A stretch of 62,729 nt of DNA, filler included, from Nitrospinota bacterium (GTDB lineage: Bacteria; JAUXIQ01), in assembly GCA_030620925.1 (NCBI GenBank). It is 10 parts of 10 records of this genome, joined end to end, with 100 filler letters (N's around TTAATTAATTAA, not from the genome) between each part and the next. Parts side by side here need not be neighbours in the genome. Positions count along the whole stretch, not along the records: positions 27,443 to 33,644 come from JAUXIQ010000132.1; positions 33,745 to 36,306 come from JAUXIQ010000439.1; positions 36,407 to 44,411 come from JAUXIQ010000076.1; 7 more parts are not named here. One strand, written 5' to 3'. The notes below the pieces were generated by a model. The model did not search any database, was not told the origin of the DNA, and saw nothing but the letters and a program-made list of their open reading frames with translations. Positions within the stretch are counted from its first letter, which is position 1. Each line of letters starts with the position of its first letter. This document shows, in pieces, positions 32,453 to 42,022 of this stretch. The translations under genes were made by a program, and so were the position numbers.

Positions 32453-33214
32453 TTGATGTCATCGGAAATCGTATACGGAATAAACCCTGCAAGGGAGATG
32501 CTCCTGCATGCCGGCGGGCGAGTGGAAATGATAGCCGTCGTCCGGGGCGGGGTCGGGCCTAAGCTGAAGGAAATCTTGCGGCTTGCCCGGAGCGAGGGGA
32601 TAAAGGTAGAGCAGAAGAGCAAGGAAGAGCTCGATTCTATCGCTGGTGGGGGAATACACCAGGGGGTAGTGGTCTTAGCCCAAAAGAGAAAGGTCGTTTC
32701 TCTGCCGGAGTTGCTGGCAAAGGTGAAAGATTTTGAAGCCCCTGTGTTATTTGTTCTGGATGGTATTACAGACCCCCGCAACCTGGGGGCCATAATCCGC
32801 TCAGCGGAAGTGCTGGGTGGTAACGGGGTTATTATAGGTAAAGACCGTTCAGCGGGGTTGAGCCCCGCTGCGGTAAAGGCTTCTTCCGGAGCCACAGAGA
32901 TCATACCGATGGCCGTTGTGGTGAACGTGGCGAGGTCCCTCAAATTGCTTGAGGAATCGGGTTACTGGGTGGTAGGAACGGCCCCAGATGCTGAAAAGAC
33001 CTGTCACCAGTATGATTGGGAGGGGCCCACCGCAGTGGTGCTGGGTTCGGAAGAGAGGGGGATGCGCAGGCTGGTCAGAGAGAGCTGTCATGAGGTGGTC
33101 AGAATACCTGTAACAGGTAAGATTTCGTCGTTAAATGCCGCTTCCGCCGCGGCAATAATAATGTACGAAATAGTGAGGCAGAGAGAGCAAAAAAGAGAAA
33201 AAGAAAAAAAATGA
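32453..33214 (+). CDS. rlmB: 23S rRNA Gm2251 methyltransferase
   Basis: HQGV, DPRNLGAIIRSA, GSEERGM and SLNA motifs. Confidence 0.93.
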   Translation: MMSSEIVYGINPAREMLLHAGGRVEMIAVVRGGVGPKLKEILRLARSEGIKVEQKSKEELDSIAGGGIHQGVVVLAQKRKVVSLPELLAKVKDFEAPVLFVLDGITDPRNLGAIIRSAEVLGGNGVIIGKDRSAGLSPAAVKASSGATEIIPMAVVVNVARSLKLLEESGYWVVGTAPDAEKTCHQYDWEGPTAVVLGSEERGMRRLVRESCHEVVRIPVTGKISSLNAASAAAIIMYEIVRQREQKREKEKK

Positions 33215-33348
33215 TATAAATTTATTAAAAAGTGAAGAAAAAACTTGCAATTTGATGCTTAAATTTTATATTATGTGCGAACTGCTTTGTCCTTGACTAA
33301 TCTAAAATAATCTTATTTAATAATATATGTTTAAGTGATATCCATACT

Positions 33349-33424
33349 GCTGGCGTAGCTCAAGTGGTAGAGCGGCTGATTTGTAATCAGCAGGTCGGGG
33401 GTTCGAGTCCCTTCGCCAGCTCCA
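33349..33424 (+). tRNA. tRNA-Thr(UGU)
   Basis: GCTGGCG acceptor stem, CTGAT-TTGTAA-TCAG anticodon arm, GGTTCGAGTCC T-arm, encoded CCA. Confidence 0.97.
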
Positions 33425-33434
33425 TTTAATAGCC

Positions 33435-33519
33435 GGGGAGGTTCCCGAGTGGACAAAGGGAGCAGACTGTAAATCTGCCGGCTCAGCCTTCGGAGGTTCG
33501 AATCCTTCCCTCCCCACCA
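33435..33519 (+). tRNA. tRNA-Tyr(GUA)
   Basis: GGGGAGG acceptor stem, GCAGA-CTGTAAA-TCTGC anticodon arm, long variable arm, TTCGAAT, CCA. Confidence 0.97.
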
Positions 33520-33744
33520 TCTTGATTGGACGTTTCACAGCTGCTCTTCTCTGATACCCTTTCTAAAGCGATCTCAAGTGGGAGAGAATGGTTTTCCTAT
33601 AGCGATTTGCGACGGGAAGAAAAACCCGTAACCGCTGCGTTGAANNNNNNNNNNNNNNNNNNNNNNNNNNNNNNNNNNNNNNNNNNNNTTAATTAATTAA
33701 NNNNNNNNNNNNNNNNNNNNNNNNNNNNNNNNNNNNNNNNNNNN

Positions 33745-34178
33745 AGGTAGATTATGCCCATATATTTCGGCAGGGTTAGCTGGTGATGGACGATATAGTC
33801 GATGTGCCGGAAGCCGTGGGCTCCGTCGGGGCCTATGAGCCTGCCTCCTATTTCCTTCTGGTAGGTGAGGTTAAGAAAGAAGAGGCGCACGATTTCCGCA
33901 AAAGCCAGGGTGGCGATGGCCAGGTAGAAGCCCCTGATGCGCAGTGCAGGGAAACCCACGGCCAGCCCGAAGGCCGCCGCTACCAGGCCGGACAGAATCA
34001 TGGCGGTTAACAGAGAGAAGCCCCACATGGCGGTGCAAAAAGCGGCGAAATAGGCACCTATGGCGAAGAAGCCCTGCTGCCCGAAGGTCACCTGGCCGGT
34101 GGACATGATTATGTAGACGCTGAGGGCCATCATCGCATGTATGCCCAGAAGACTGAAGACGCTGATCCAATATTCCAC
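33745..34178 (-). CDS. Branched-chain amino acid-type ABC permease LivM family (3' truncated)
   Basis: GTG start after AGGGAG; GQVTFGQQGFFAIGAY and LRIRGFYLAIATLAFAEI motifs. Confidence 0.88.
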
Positions 34179-34201
34179 GTTTAAAAGCTCCCTATTATTA
34201 T

Positions 34202-35073
34202 TTACATTTCCTCCGGCCTGCCCATCAGGCCCCAAGGTCTGAACACCAGGAAGACGAAGAGGAGCGAATATGCCAGCATGTCCCTGTAAGTCCACCCCCA
34301 GGAACCACAACCCCTGAAACTCCACCACGCCCAGTAGCAGCCCCCCGATGATGGCGCCCGGAATGCTTCCTATTGCCCCCCAGTATCATCACCACGAACC
34401 CTTTTATGGTGGCGGTGAGACCGAAGGTGGGGGTGATCTGATTTGTGCTGATGGAGACCATAAACCCGATGGCGCCCCCCAACGCTGAGGTTATAGCGAA
34501 GATGCCCATGCTCACTTTGTCCATGTTCACCCCCAGCAGGGTGGCGGCGGGGGGATTTTCAGCGATGCTGCGCATGGCCATTCCGAACCGTGTCTTATAG
34601 ATGAGGAAATATAGCAACACAGTAGATGCGGCTCCCATGATTAGCATGGTCAGGTAGTCGGGGCGGAAGTAGAAAGCCCCCAGGCTATAAGTTTTATAGC
34701 CGAAAGGGCTGGGGAACATAAAGGTGGTGCCCTGGGTTATGCGCACCATCACCTCTTCCAGCAGGATGAGCATGCCTATGGTGGCCATGACCGGCGCCAG
34801 GGGGGATGGATTTTTGAGGGTGCGGAAGCAGACCCGCTCCACCATGACCCCCACCGCGGCGGCGACTATAACGCAGAGGATCAGGGCCAGTATGAAGGGC
34901 CCCTTGTAGAGAAGGACCATCAGCCCCATGTACGTCCCGGCCATGATGGTGGCGCCGTAGGCTATGTTGAACCTCTTCATAACGCCGAAAATCATGGTGA
35001 ACCCTATGCCGAACAGTGCATAGGAGGAACCGAACAGGAGACCGTTGAACAGGTTCTGGATTATGTCTACCAT
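34202..35073 (-). pseudogene. ABC permease LivH family with two apparent +1 frameshifts (possibly sequencing errors)
   Basis: NGLLFGSSYAL...; the expected C-terminus LGGIGSIPGAIIGG and YRDMLAYSLLFVFLVFRPWGLMG are found in two successive shifted frames. Confidence 0.8.
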
Positions 35074-35197
35074 TTCTCTCCCTGAGCTCTGCCCCGGTAA
35101 ACGGAGCAGGATAAACGGGGACGAGCCCTCAGCCAATCGAGCCGGTAAGGCCCGCCCCCTGTTTCAGAGCCGGATGAACCTTCTGTTTTCTAATCGG

Positions 35198-36306
35198 CTA
35201 CTTTGCCGTCGGGTCCCATTTGGTCCACTTGCCGCCTTTCACTTGCCCTATGGAGTGTTCCTTTATGGCCTGCCCCCACTTGTCGAAGCTGATGGCTCCC
35301 ATCAGGCCGGGGAAATTTTTTACCCTGGTCATGGCATCCCTGAACTTCCTGCGGTCCTCCTGCAGGGTATCTGGGCGGTTCTTTATGCCCGCGTCTTCGA
35401 TGACCTTTTTAATGATCCAGAAGACCTCGTAGCTTGCCGAGTTGTGGTGGCTCATGTGCCACTTGTCGTTGGAAGCCTTCAGGATGTTGTTGTATACCTC
35501 CCCCGGGCGGCCGGGCAGGGCCAGAAAACTGGTGGGGATGATTATGTTCTCAGCCACGTCTTTGCACACGTCCAGGGTCTGCTGGACGGCGGCGCTGGTT
35601 ATGGCCACGTGTATCTTGGGCGTCCAGCCCTGCCTCTTGGCCTCCTGCATGGCCCGGCACATTGAGGGATGGTGGGCGCCGGTGGCCAGCATGTCAGCCT
35701 TGGCCCTGCGCAGCTTGGTGATCTGAACGGAGAAATCGGTGTCGTCCAGCAGCCAGTTCTGGACCTCTATGATCTTCAGGCCGTGTTTCTTCGCCGCCGG
35801 CATGAAGCCCGACTCGTAGGTTCCCCTGGAATGGGTGAAATTCTTCTCGTAACCCACGGCGATCGTTTTTACCCCGTGATATTTTTTCAACTTGCCGAAC
35901 ACGTCGTCGTACATGATCTTCTCGTTGCCCGTGTTGCGGAAAGCCCACGGAGTCAGCCGCTCCAGTCCGAACTTGGTGGCTATATCGGTGAAGATGGTCA
36001 CCTGGAGGCCGATGTCGTTGGCGTCGCCCAGCTTCTTCTGGAACAGCCCGTAGACCGGCTCCGCCACGCTGGAGCAGGAAGGCCCCGCTATCACCAGCGC
36101 CTTGTCCACATTGGCCATCTTGCGGGTGACGTTGATGCCCTGTTCGGGGTTGCAGGCGGAGTCGTAGTTCCGCTTGTCGATCTTCACCATCTTGCCGTCT
36201 ATCTTCACCCCCCCCATGGCGTTGATCTCTTTGACGGCGAAATCTGAAATGAAGATAGCCTCCATACCTGCTTCCGCAAAGGGCCCGCTCAACACTTCCA
36301 TCTGCC
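35198..36306 (-). CDS. ABC transporter substrate-binding protein, Leu/Ile/Val-binding family (5' truncated)
   Basis: LSGP.A..G, A.KEINA.GG, TDFSVQITKL and GLMGAISFD motifs. Confidence 0.88.
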
Positions 36307-36687
36307 NNNNNNNNNNNNNNNNNNNNNNNNNNNNNNNNNNNNNNNNNNNNTTAATTAATTAANNNNNNNNNNNNNNNNNNNNNNNNNNNNNNNNNNNNNN
36401 NNNNNNAGAACATTATATGGGCCGTTGGGTGTCGGTGGGATGGTCCCGCGGCGCGGGACACCCCGCCGACTCTGCATCCTGTCATTCTGAACGGAGTCTC
36501 GCCACACGCCGGACCGGCGCGCCCATGAAGAAACCGGTGATTGATAGTATTGCATACGCCCCTGCCACGTACCTTCCGGGTAGCACGGAAATATTTTTTA
36601 GTGTTTGACAGGTTTTTTAAAAAAGTGTATATTTCTTGTGATGTTATGTGAGTTTGTTAATCTATCTCTTAAAAGTGGAGAAGGAAT

Positions 36688-36933
36688 ATGTTCGGCGGCG
36701 GCATAGGTATTCAGGAGATTCTCCCAATTGCGGTGATAATCATCGTTATCTTCGGAGCCAGGCGTATTCCTGACATAGGCAAAGGGCTTGGAGAAGGCAT
36801 CCAGAACTTTAAAAAGGCGTTGAAAGCTCCTCCCCCGCAAGAAGAGGAAGCTCCGGAAATAGAGGCCAAGAAAGAAGAGGCCGAGGAAGAGGCGAAGGAA
36901 AAGGCCAAGGAAGAGGCTACCGACAGCAAGTAA
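36688..36933 (+). CDS. tatA: Twin-arginine translocase TatA
   Basis: IFGARRIPDIGKGLGEGIQNFKK motif. Confidence 0.93.
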   Translation: MFGGGIGIQEILPIAVIIIVIFGARRIPDIGKGLGEGIQNFKKALKAPPPQEEEAPEIEAKKEEAEEEAKEKAKEEATDSK

Positions 36934-36978
36934 TTTATCCTCGGGTTTTCAACTTCGATTTATTCGGTTTGAAATGTA

Positions 36979-37014
36979 GACAGGGTAGGGATTTTATCCC
37001 TACCCTGTTTTTTT
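36979..37014 (+). terminator. Intrinsic terminator after tatA
   Basis: ACAGGGTAGGGAT-TTT-ATCCCTACCCTGT followed by a T-run. Confidence 0.85.
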
Positions 37015-37036
37015 ACGCTGCCGTTTTTCTTTCCCC

Positions 37037-38188
37037 TTACCAGCCCAGGATAGCCACGCAGGCTACGGAGCCGGGGCCGCCCAGGTTATGAGCCAGGCCC
37101 AGCTCGGGGTTTTTGACCTGCCGTCCATCCGCCCTCCCCTGGAGCTGTTTGGTGAGCTCGTAGATCATCCTCACTCCGGTGGCGCCGATGGGGTGGCCGA
37201 AGGACTTGAGGCCGCCGCTTGGGTTAACGGGCAGTTCGCCCTCGATGCTGGAGATGCCCTCTTCTATGAACTTGCCCCCTTCACCCTTATTGCAGAACCC
37301 CAGGTCTTCGTAGTTCAATATTTCAGTGATTGTGAAGCAGTCGTGCACCTCGGCGAAGGATATCTCTTTGCGGGGGTTTGAGACACCGGCCTGTTTGTAA
37401 GCCTCACTGCTTGCATGCTGGGTGGAGGAGAAGCCGAGATAGTCGAAGTTGGGGTCGTAGTTCGGCTGTCCGGTATAGACCGAAAGCCCCAGCCCTTTGA
37501 CGTACACCGGGTCGTCACGGAACTTGTTGGCCATGTCCGCCCGGCAGATGATGGCCACCGCCGCCCCGTCGGTCATGGCGCAGCAGTCGAACCGTCCCAG
37601 GGGGCTGGCTATCATGGGGGCGTTTACGACCGTTTCCAGGTCCACCTCTCGCTGGAAATGGGCCTTGGGGTTAACCGCTCCGTTGTAATGGTTTTTTACT
37701 GCTACCTTGCCCATGGTCTCCTTGGTGATTCCGTATTTATCCATATACCTGTTGGCTGCCATGGCGAACATGCCCGGCGCCGATACTCCACCTATGAAAG
37801 GGTGTCCCCCGCCTGTTCCGGGCAGGCCGCGGGAGCCGGCATCCATCAATTTCTCCACGCCCGCCGCCATCACTATGTCGTAGACGCCTGCGGCGACGGA
37901 GAACACGGCGTTGCGGAAGGCGTCCATACCTGAGGCGCAGAAATTCTCGCAGCGGGTGACGGGGATTCCGTAAAGTTTTAAGGGGTCGGCAAGGCCGATG
38001 CCGGCCATGCCCGTCGACGCATATTGGATGCCCACCCAGGCGGCCTGGATTTGGCTTGGCTCGATTCTGGCGTCTCCGTACGCATCGTAAGCCGCCTCCA
38101 CCAGCATATCCTCCTGACTCTGCGTCCAGTTTTCACCGAACTTGCAGCAACCGACACCGATAACCGCTACCTTATCTTTTAAGCTCAT
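37037..38188 (-). CDS. Thiolase family protein (SCP-x/archaeal type)
   Basis: ENFCASG, VHDCF, VNPSGGL, GHPIGATG and HNLGG motifs. Confidence 0.92.
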   Translation of the reverse strand: MSLKDKVAVIGVGCCKFGENWTQSQEDMLVEAAYDAYGDARIEPSQIQAAWVGIQYASTGMAGIGLADPLKLYGIPVTRCENFCASGMDAFRNAVFSVAAGVYDIVMAAGVEKLMDAGSRGLPGTGGGHPFIGGVSAPGMFAMAANRYMDKYGITKETMGKVAVKNHYNGAVNPKAHFQREVDLETVVNAPMIASPLGRFDCCAMTDGAAVAIICRADMANKFRDDPVYVKGLGLSVYTGQPNYDPNFDYLGFSSTQHASSEAYKQAGVSNPRKEISFAEVHDCFTITEILNYEDLGFCNKGEGGKFIEEGISSIEGELPVNPSGGLKSFGHPIGATGVRMIYELTKQLQGRADGRQVKNPELGLAHNLGGPGSVACVAILGW

Positions 38189-38216
38189 CTTATCCCTCCT
38201 CTTACATATAAACTTA

Positions 38217-39623
38217 TCAACCCATCGCAGGGCGTGATTTCCAATAGTAATTTTTGAAGCCGCCGCCTTCATGGATTTTGCGGAAGGTCAGCTCCACCTG
38301 AGTGTCTATTTTCACGCTTTGCGGATCGCAGTCGGTCATCTGAAGGAATATTCTGCCACCTTCCTCCAGGTCTATCACCGTTCTGGGTACGGGTAGTTCG
38401 GGGCCCGAAGCCAGGTAGTCCAGGGTGAAGGTGAACACTTTTCCCTTCCTGGCCATCTTCAGCTCTTCCATTTTATCCCGCTTTCCGCACTTGAGGCAGA
38501 CCCTGTTCATGGGGTATTGGGCCTGGCCGCAGTTACCGCATTTCACCCCGTAGAGGCTTAGATTCTGCTTCCTCTCCCTCCACAGGAGGGTGGCCGATGA
38601 GAAGGGGGTGCCCTTGTCTTTCTGCATCAGATTGCGGTAGCGGACGTATTTCTCGTAGTTGCCGATGGGCATCTTGCTGTTCAGATAGGCGTCTATACCG
38701 CGGCGGGGCGATATTGTTTCTATGTTGTCGGTGACCTTGAAAAGCATGGCGTCGCTGCCGTCTCCGTAGCTGGCCACCAGGATGGTGTCTCCGGCTCTGG
38801 ATTTTTCCAGGGCGTTTACCAGCATCATGAGCGAAAGCGGTGTGCCGGTGTCTCCCACGCCCAGGAAGAGGGGGTCTTGCAGTTGTGTTTTGGCGTCTAA
38901 CTTGAGCGCCTTGGCTACGCCCAGCAGGCTCCTGGGGTCCGGGGCGTAAAGGCATGCCCTGGTGATATCGCCGGGCTGCGCGCCCGACTTTTTAAGCAAC
39001 CCTGAAACTGCTTCCACCATGTTGGCCGAGTAACCGAACTGGGAGTCGAACTTTGTGGAGAACTGTCTGACGTAGTTGTCGCTGTCTCGCCTATAGAGGC
39101 CCACAATTTCATCGGCGATGGAGTATGTTTCCTCGATGGTGGCGATGACGTCCTGATCGCTGATGAGGAGGGCGGCGGCGCCGTCCCCGAAGGTCTGTTC
39201 AAACATGCTCTCGGGCTCTGCGGGGCGTGCGTCGGCGGTGGCGACCACCACGTTTTTGGCTGAGCCGCTTTTAACGGCGTCCATGGCGGCACGCAACGCC
39301 GTGGTGCCCGCTTTGAGCGAGTCGGTGAAGTCTGCGGTGATGGTCTCCCTGCCCAGATCGAGGACGGTGGCGATAAGCGTTGAACTCTGTTTTTCTTTAT
39401 AGGGCGGGGTAGTTGAGGCGAAGTATACTCCATCCACGGTTTTGGGGTCTATGCCTTCAATGCAGTTAATGCCCGCCTCGACGGCCATGGTGAGGGAGTC
39501 TTCGTCATGATTGCATACTGCCTTCTCGCCCCCCATGGAGCCAGAGCCCCAGGCTTTGGCTATTTCGTCTCTTGCCAGGCGCGTCTTTGGTATATATCCT
39601 CCAAAAGACCTTATCCCGACCAT
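38217..39623 (-). CDS. HMG-CoA synthase-like domain fused to DUF35 zinc-ribbon/OB-fold
   Basis: DEDSLTMAVEA, GDGAAA and SYGDGS; C-terminal CxxC...CxxC plus OB fold ending YYWK. Confidence 0.88.
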   Translation of the reverse strand: MVGIRSFGGYIPKTRLARDEIAKAWGSGSMGGEKAVCNHDEDSLTMAVEAGINCIEGIDPKTVDGVYFASTTPPYKEKQSSTLIATVLDLGRETITADFTDSLKAGTTALRAAMDAVKSGSAKNVVVATADARPAEPESMFEQTFGDGAAALLISDQDVIATIEETYSIADEIVGLYRRDSDNYVRQFSTKFDSQFGYSANMVEAVSGLLKKSGAQPGDITRACLYAPDPRSLLGVAKALKLDAKTQLQDPLFLGVGDTGTPLSLMMLVNALEKSRAGDTILVASYGDGSDAMLFKVTDNIETISPRRGIDAYLNSKMPIGNYEKYVRYRNLMQKDKGTPFSSATLLWRERKQNLSLYGVKCGNCGQAQYPMNRVCLKCGKRDKMEELKMARKGKVFTFTLDYLASGPELPVPRTVIDLEEGGRIFLQMTDCDPQSVKIDTQVELTFRKIHEGGGFKNYYWKSRPAMG

Positions 39624-39884
39624 TTTTACCTCCTTGTGAGTTGCCCGTTTAAGTATAAGCACCAAAAATATTAAAAAAACTCTTTATCTGTAGCGCAGGA
39701 ATTTAAGGGCAGAGATACCAGCGTGAATATAGCATAAAATAGCTGGTCTTACATAGTGAATAACCTTATTATGTTTTGGCTCGACAGCGTCAAGGCGTAT
39801 ACCTTCTTAAAGAGCTTGTCAGGAGTGTGGATGGTAGCGGCATCCCGCCATGATTCGAAAGGTAAAAACGACCATCCGCCACTC

Positions 39885-40275
39885 TCATTCTTAGCGAAGC
39901 GAAGAATCTCGCCTGCCCTGGGGTGCCCGCTTTCTTCGTGCTTTTACAGCCCCCCTCCCCTTAATCCCCTCCATGCCTGCCCCGCGTGTGGCGGGGCCAG
40001 GGGAGGGGAAATTTATTGCAGGCAGAATCGCGGCAGGATGCCGCTCCTACAAGAGCCAGGTATGGGCGCCTTCCTGACGCGATTGTAGGGGCAGGTCTCG
40101 TGCCTGCCCAGGTCGCGGTCCCGCCTTCCGCGGGGCGCCCCTATCAACCATTCAGGATTTCACAGGTTACCAGAGTCTCCCTCCCTTGAAGAGAGGGGCT
40201 AAGGGCGGGTGAACATCTGTTGTAGGGGCGTATTGCATACGCCCCAATAGGGCGGGTTAAAAACCCGCCCCTACA
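39885..40275. repeat. Cluster of REP-like palindromes (GTAG family and others)
   Basis: TGTAGGGGCG..CGCCCC, GGGCGGG-TTAAAAA-CCCGCCCCTACA, GCGGCAGGATGCCGCTCCTACA, TCATTC..GAAGAATCTC and CCCCCTCCCCTTAATCCCCT units. Confidence 0.7.
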
Positions 40276-40294
40276 CCAGCCCCTGCGTGCCATA

Positions 40295-40323
40295 TTGACA
40301 GGCGGCCTTGGCGGTGGTAACCT
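40295..40323 (+). promoter_or_regulatory. Sigma70-type promoter upstream of glpK
   Basis: TTGACA-17 nt-TAACCT with an extended TG. Confidence 0.6.
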
Positions 40324-40337
40324 GAACATAATCCGTT

Positions 40338-40371
40338 GAGTGGCCTCTTACACAGAGGCCGCCTTTTTTTT
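40338..40371 (+). terminator. Terminator-like hairpin in the glpK leader
   Basis: GGCCTCT-TACAC-AGAGGCC followed by T8. Confidence 0.6.
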
Positions 40372-40404
40372 ATGCGTTACTTCGGGGGGGGGCTTTTCAC
40401 TCCG

Positions 40405-41898
40405 ATGGAAGGGTACATACTCAGTCTCGACCAGGGTACAACCAGCTCCAGGGCTGTCGTCTTCGACGACACTGGTAGACCGGTATCCATGGATTCACGG
40501 CCTTTAAAACAAATCTACCCCCAACCGGGTTGGGTGGAGCACGACCCGCAGGAAATATTGTCCACTCAAATCGAAGTCGCCAAGCGGGCCATCTTCGAGG
40601 CGGGCCTGGAGGGGGAACAGATAGCCGGGGTGGGCATCACCAATCAGCGGGAAACAATTGTAGTCTGGGACCGGAAAACAGGTAACCCGCTGCATAATGC
40701 AGTCGTCTGGCAGTGCAGGCGCACCTCGCCGGAATGCGTTAATCTCAAGGAAAAGGGCTTTGAGGAGTTAATCCGGCAAAAGACGGGGCTCACCATCGAC
40801 GCATATTTTTCCGCCACCAAGATAGCCTGGCTGCTGGAAAACGTTCCCGGACTCAGGCAGAAGGCGGAAAAAGGAGAGGCCCTGGCCGGCACCGTGGATA
40901 GCTGGCTCATCTATAACCTCACCGGCGGGCGGGTGCATGCCACCGATTACAGCAACGCTTCGAGAACCATGCTCTTCGATATTGCAAAGCTGGAATGGGA
41001 CGGGGAACTGCTGGACCTGTTCCGGGTTCCCGAAGCCTGTCTGCCGGAAGTCAAACCCTCAAGCACGCTGTTCGGTGAAACCGTCGAAGAGCTTTTCGGA
41101 CATCCCATCCCCATAGGAGGCGTGGTGGGGGACCAGCAGGCGGCCCTCTTCGGGCAGGCCTGCCATAGTCCGGGAATGATGAAGAATACTTACGGCACCG
41201 GCTCCTTCCTGCTCATGAACGTTGGCAGCGGACAACCGGAAGTCTATCCCGGCCTGCTGACTACCGTGGCCTGGGGCATAGACGATGAGGTGGAATACGC
41301 TCTGGAGGGCAGCATCTTCACCACCGGAGCAACCATCCAGTGGATGCGGGACGAATTGGGCATCATCCAGAATTCAGAAGAAAGCCGGGAACTGGCCGAA
41401 TCCATTGAGGATACGGGCGGCGTTTTCCTGGTTCCGGCTTTCGTGGGCCTGGGTTCCCCGTACTGGGACATGGAGGCGCGGGGGGCCATATTCGGAATAA
41501 CCAGGGGGACGGGCAGGGCGCAGTTGGTGCGGGCGGCGCTGGAAGCCATGGCCTATCAGACCAGGGACGTCCTGGAGTGCATGGTGGAGAGCTCAGGCAT
41601 CAAGGCCGGTGAACTGCGCGTGGACGGCGGGGCGGCGGCCAACGATTTTCTGATGCAGTTCCAGGCCGACATATTGGGCATACCGGTATTGCGGGCGGCG
41701 GTCACCGAAAGCACCGCGTTGGGGGCCGCCTATATGGCTGGTCTGGCTGTGGGCTACTGGGAAAACAGGCAGCAGATAGTCAATAACTGGGAGCTGGAGC
41801 AAAAGTTCTCCCCCCGCATGAAACGTAAGGAGGCAAATAGACTTTATCGGGGCTGGCAGAACGCCGTCTCTCAAACCAGAGACTTTAGACAGCCATGA
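40405..41898 (+). CDS. glpK: Glycerol kinase
   Basis: [39 protein letters not shown] and YALEGS motifs. Confidence 0.97.
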   Translation: MEGYILSLDQGTTSSRAVVFDDTGRPVSMDSRPLKQIYPQPGWVEHDPQEILSTQIEVAKRAIFEAGLEGEQIAGVGITNQRETIVVWDRKTGNPLHNAVVWQCRRTSPECVNLKEKGFEELIRQKTGLTIDAYFSATKIAWLLENVPGLRQKAEKGEALAGTVDSWLIYNLTGGRVHATDYSNASRTMLFDIAKLEWDGELLDLFRVPEACLPEVKPSSTLFGETVEELFGHPIPIGGVVGDQQAALFGQACHSPGMMKNTYGTGSFLLMNVGSGQPEVYPGLLTTVAWGIDDEVEYALEGSIFTTGATIQWMRDELGIIQNSEESRELAESIEDTGGVFLVPAFVGLGSPYWDMEARGAIFGITRGTGRAQLVRAALEAMAYQTRDVLECMVESSGIKAGELRVDGGAAANDFLMQFQADILGIPVLRAAVTESTALGAAYMAGLAVGYWENRQQIVNNWELEQKFSPRMKRKEANRLYRGWQNAVSQTRDFRQP

Positions 41899-42022
41899 TG
41901 CGCGACTGGAAATGCCCGTGTGTCATTTGAACTTGACACACAAGCCTGATTCCCCTAAACTCCGTCCTCACATAAGCAAATTCTTATCAACTCACACCAT
42001 GTTTTCGAGAAAGCAAATTCCT

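Noticed and set aside
33317-33538. 73-aa ORF (also ORF 46667-46873)
   Set aside because: Translations overlapping tRNA genes.
39885-40275. CRISPR array
   Set aside because: No identical, regularly spaced direct repeats and no cas genes.
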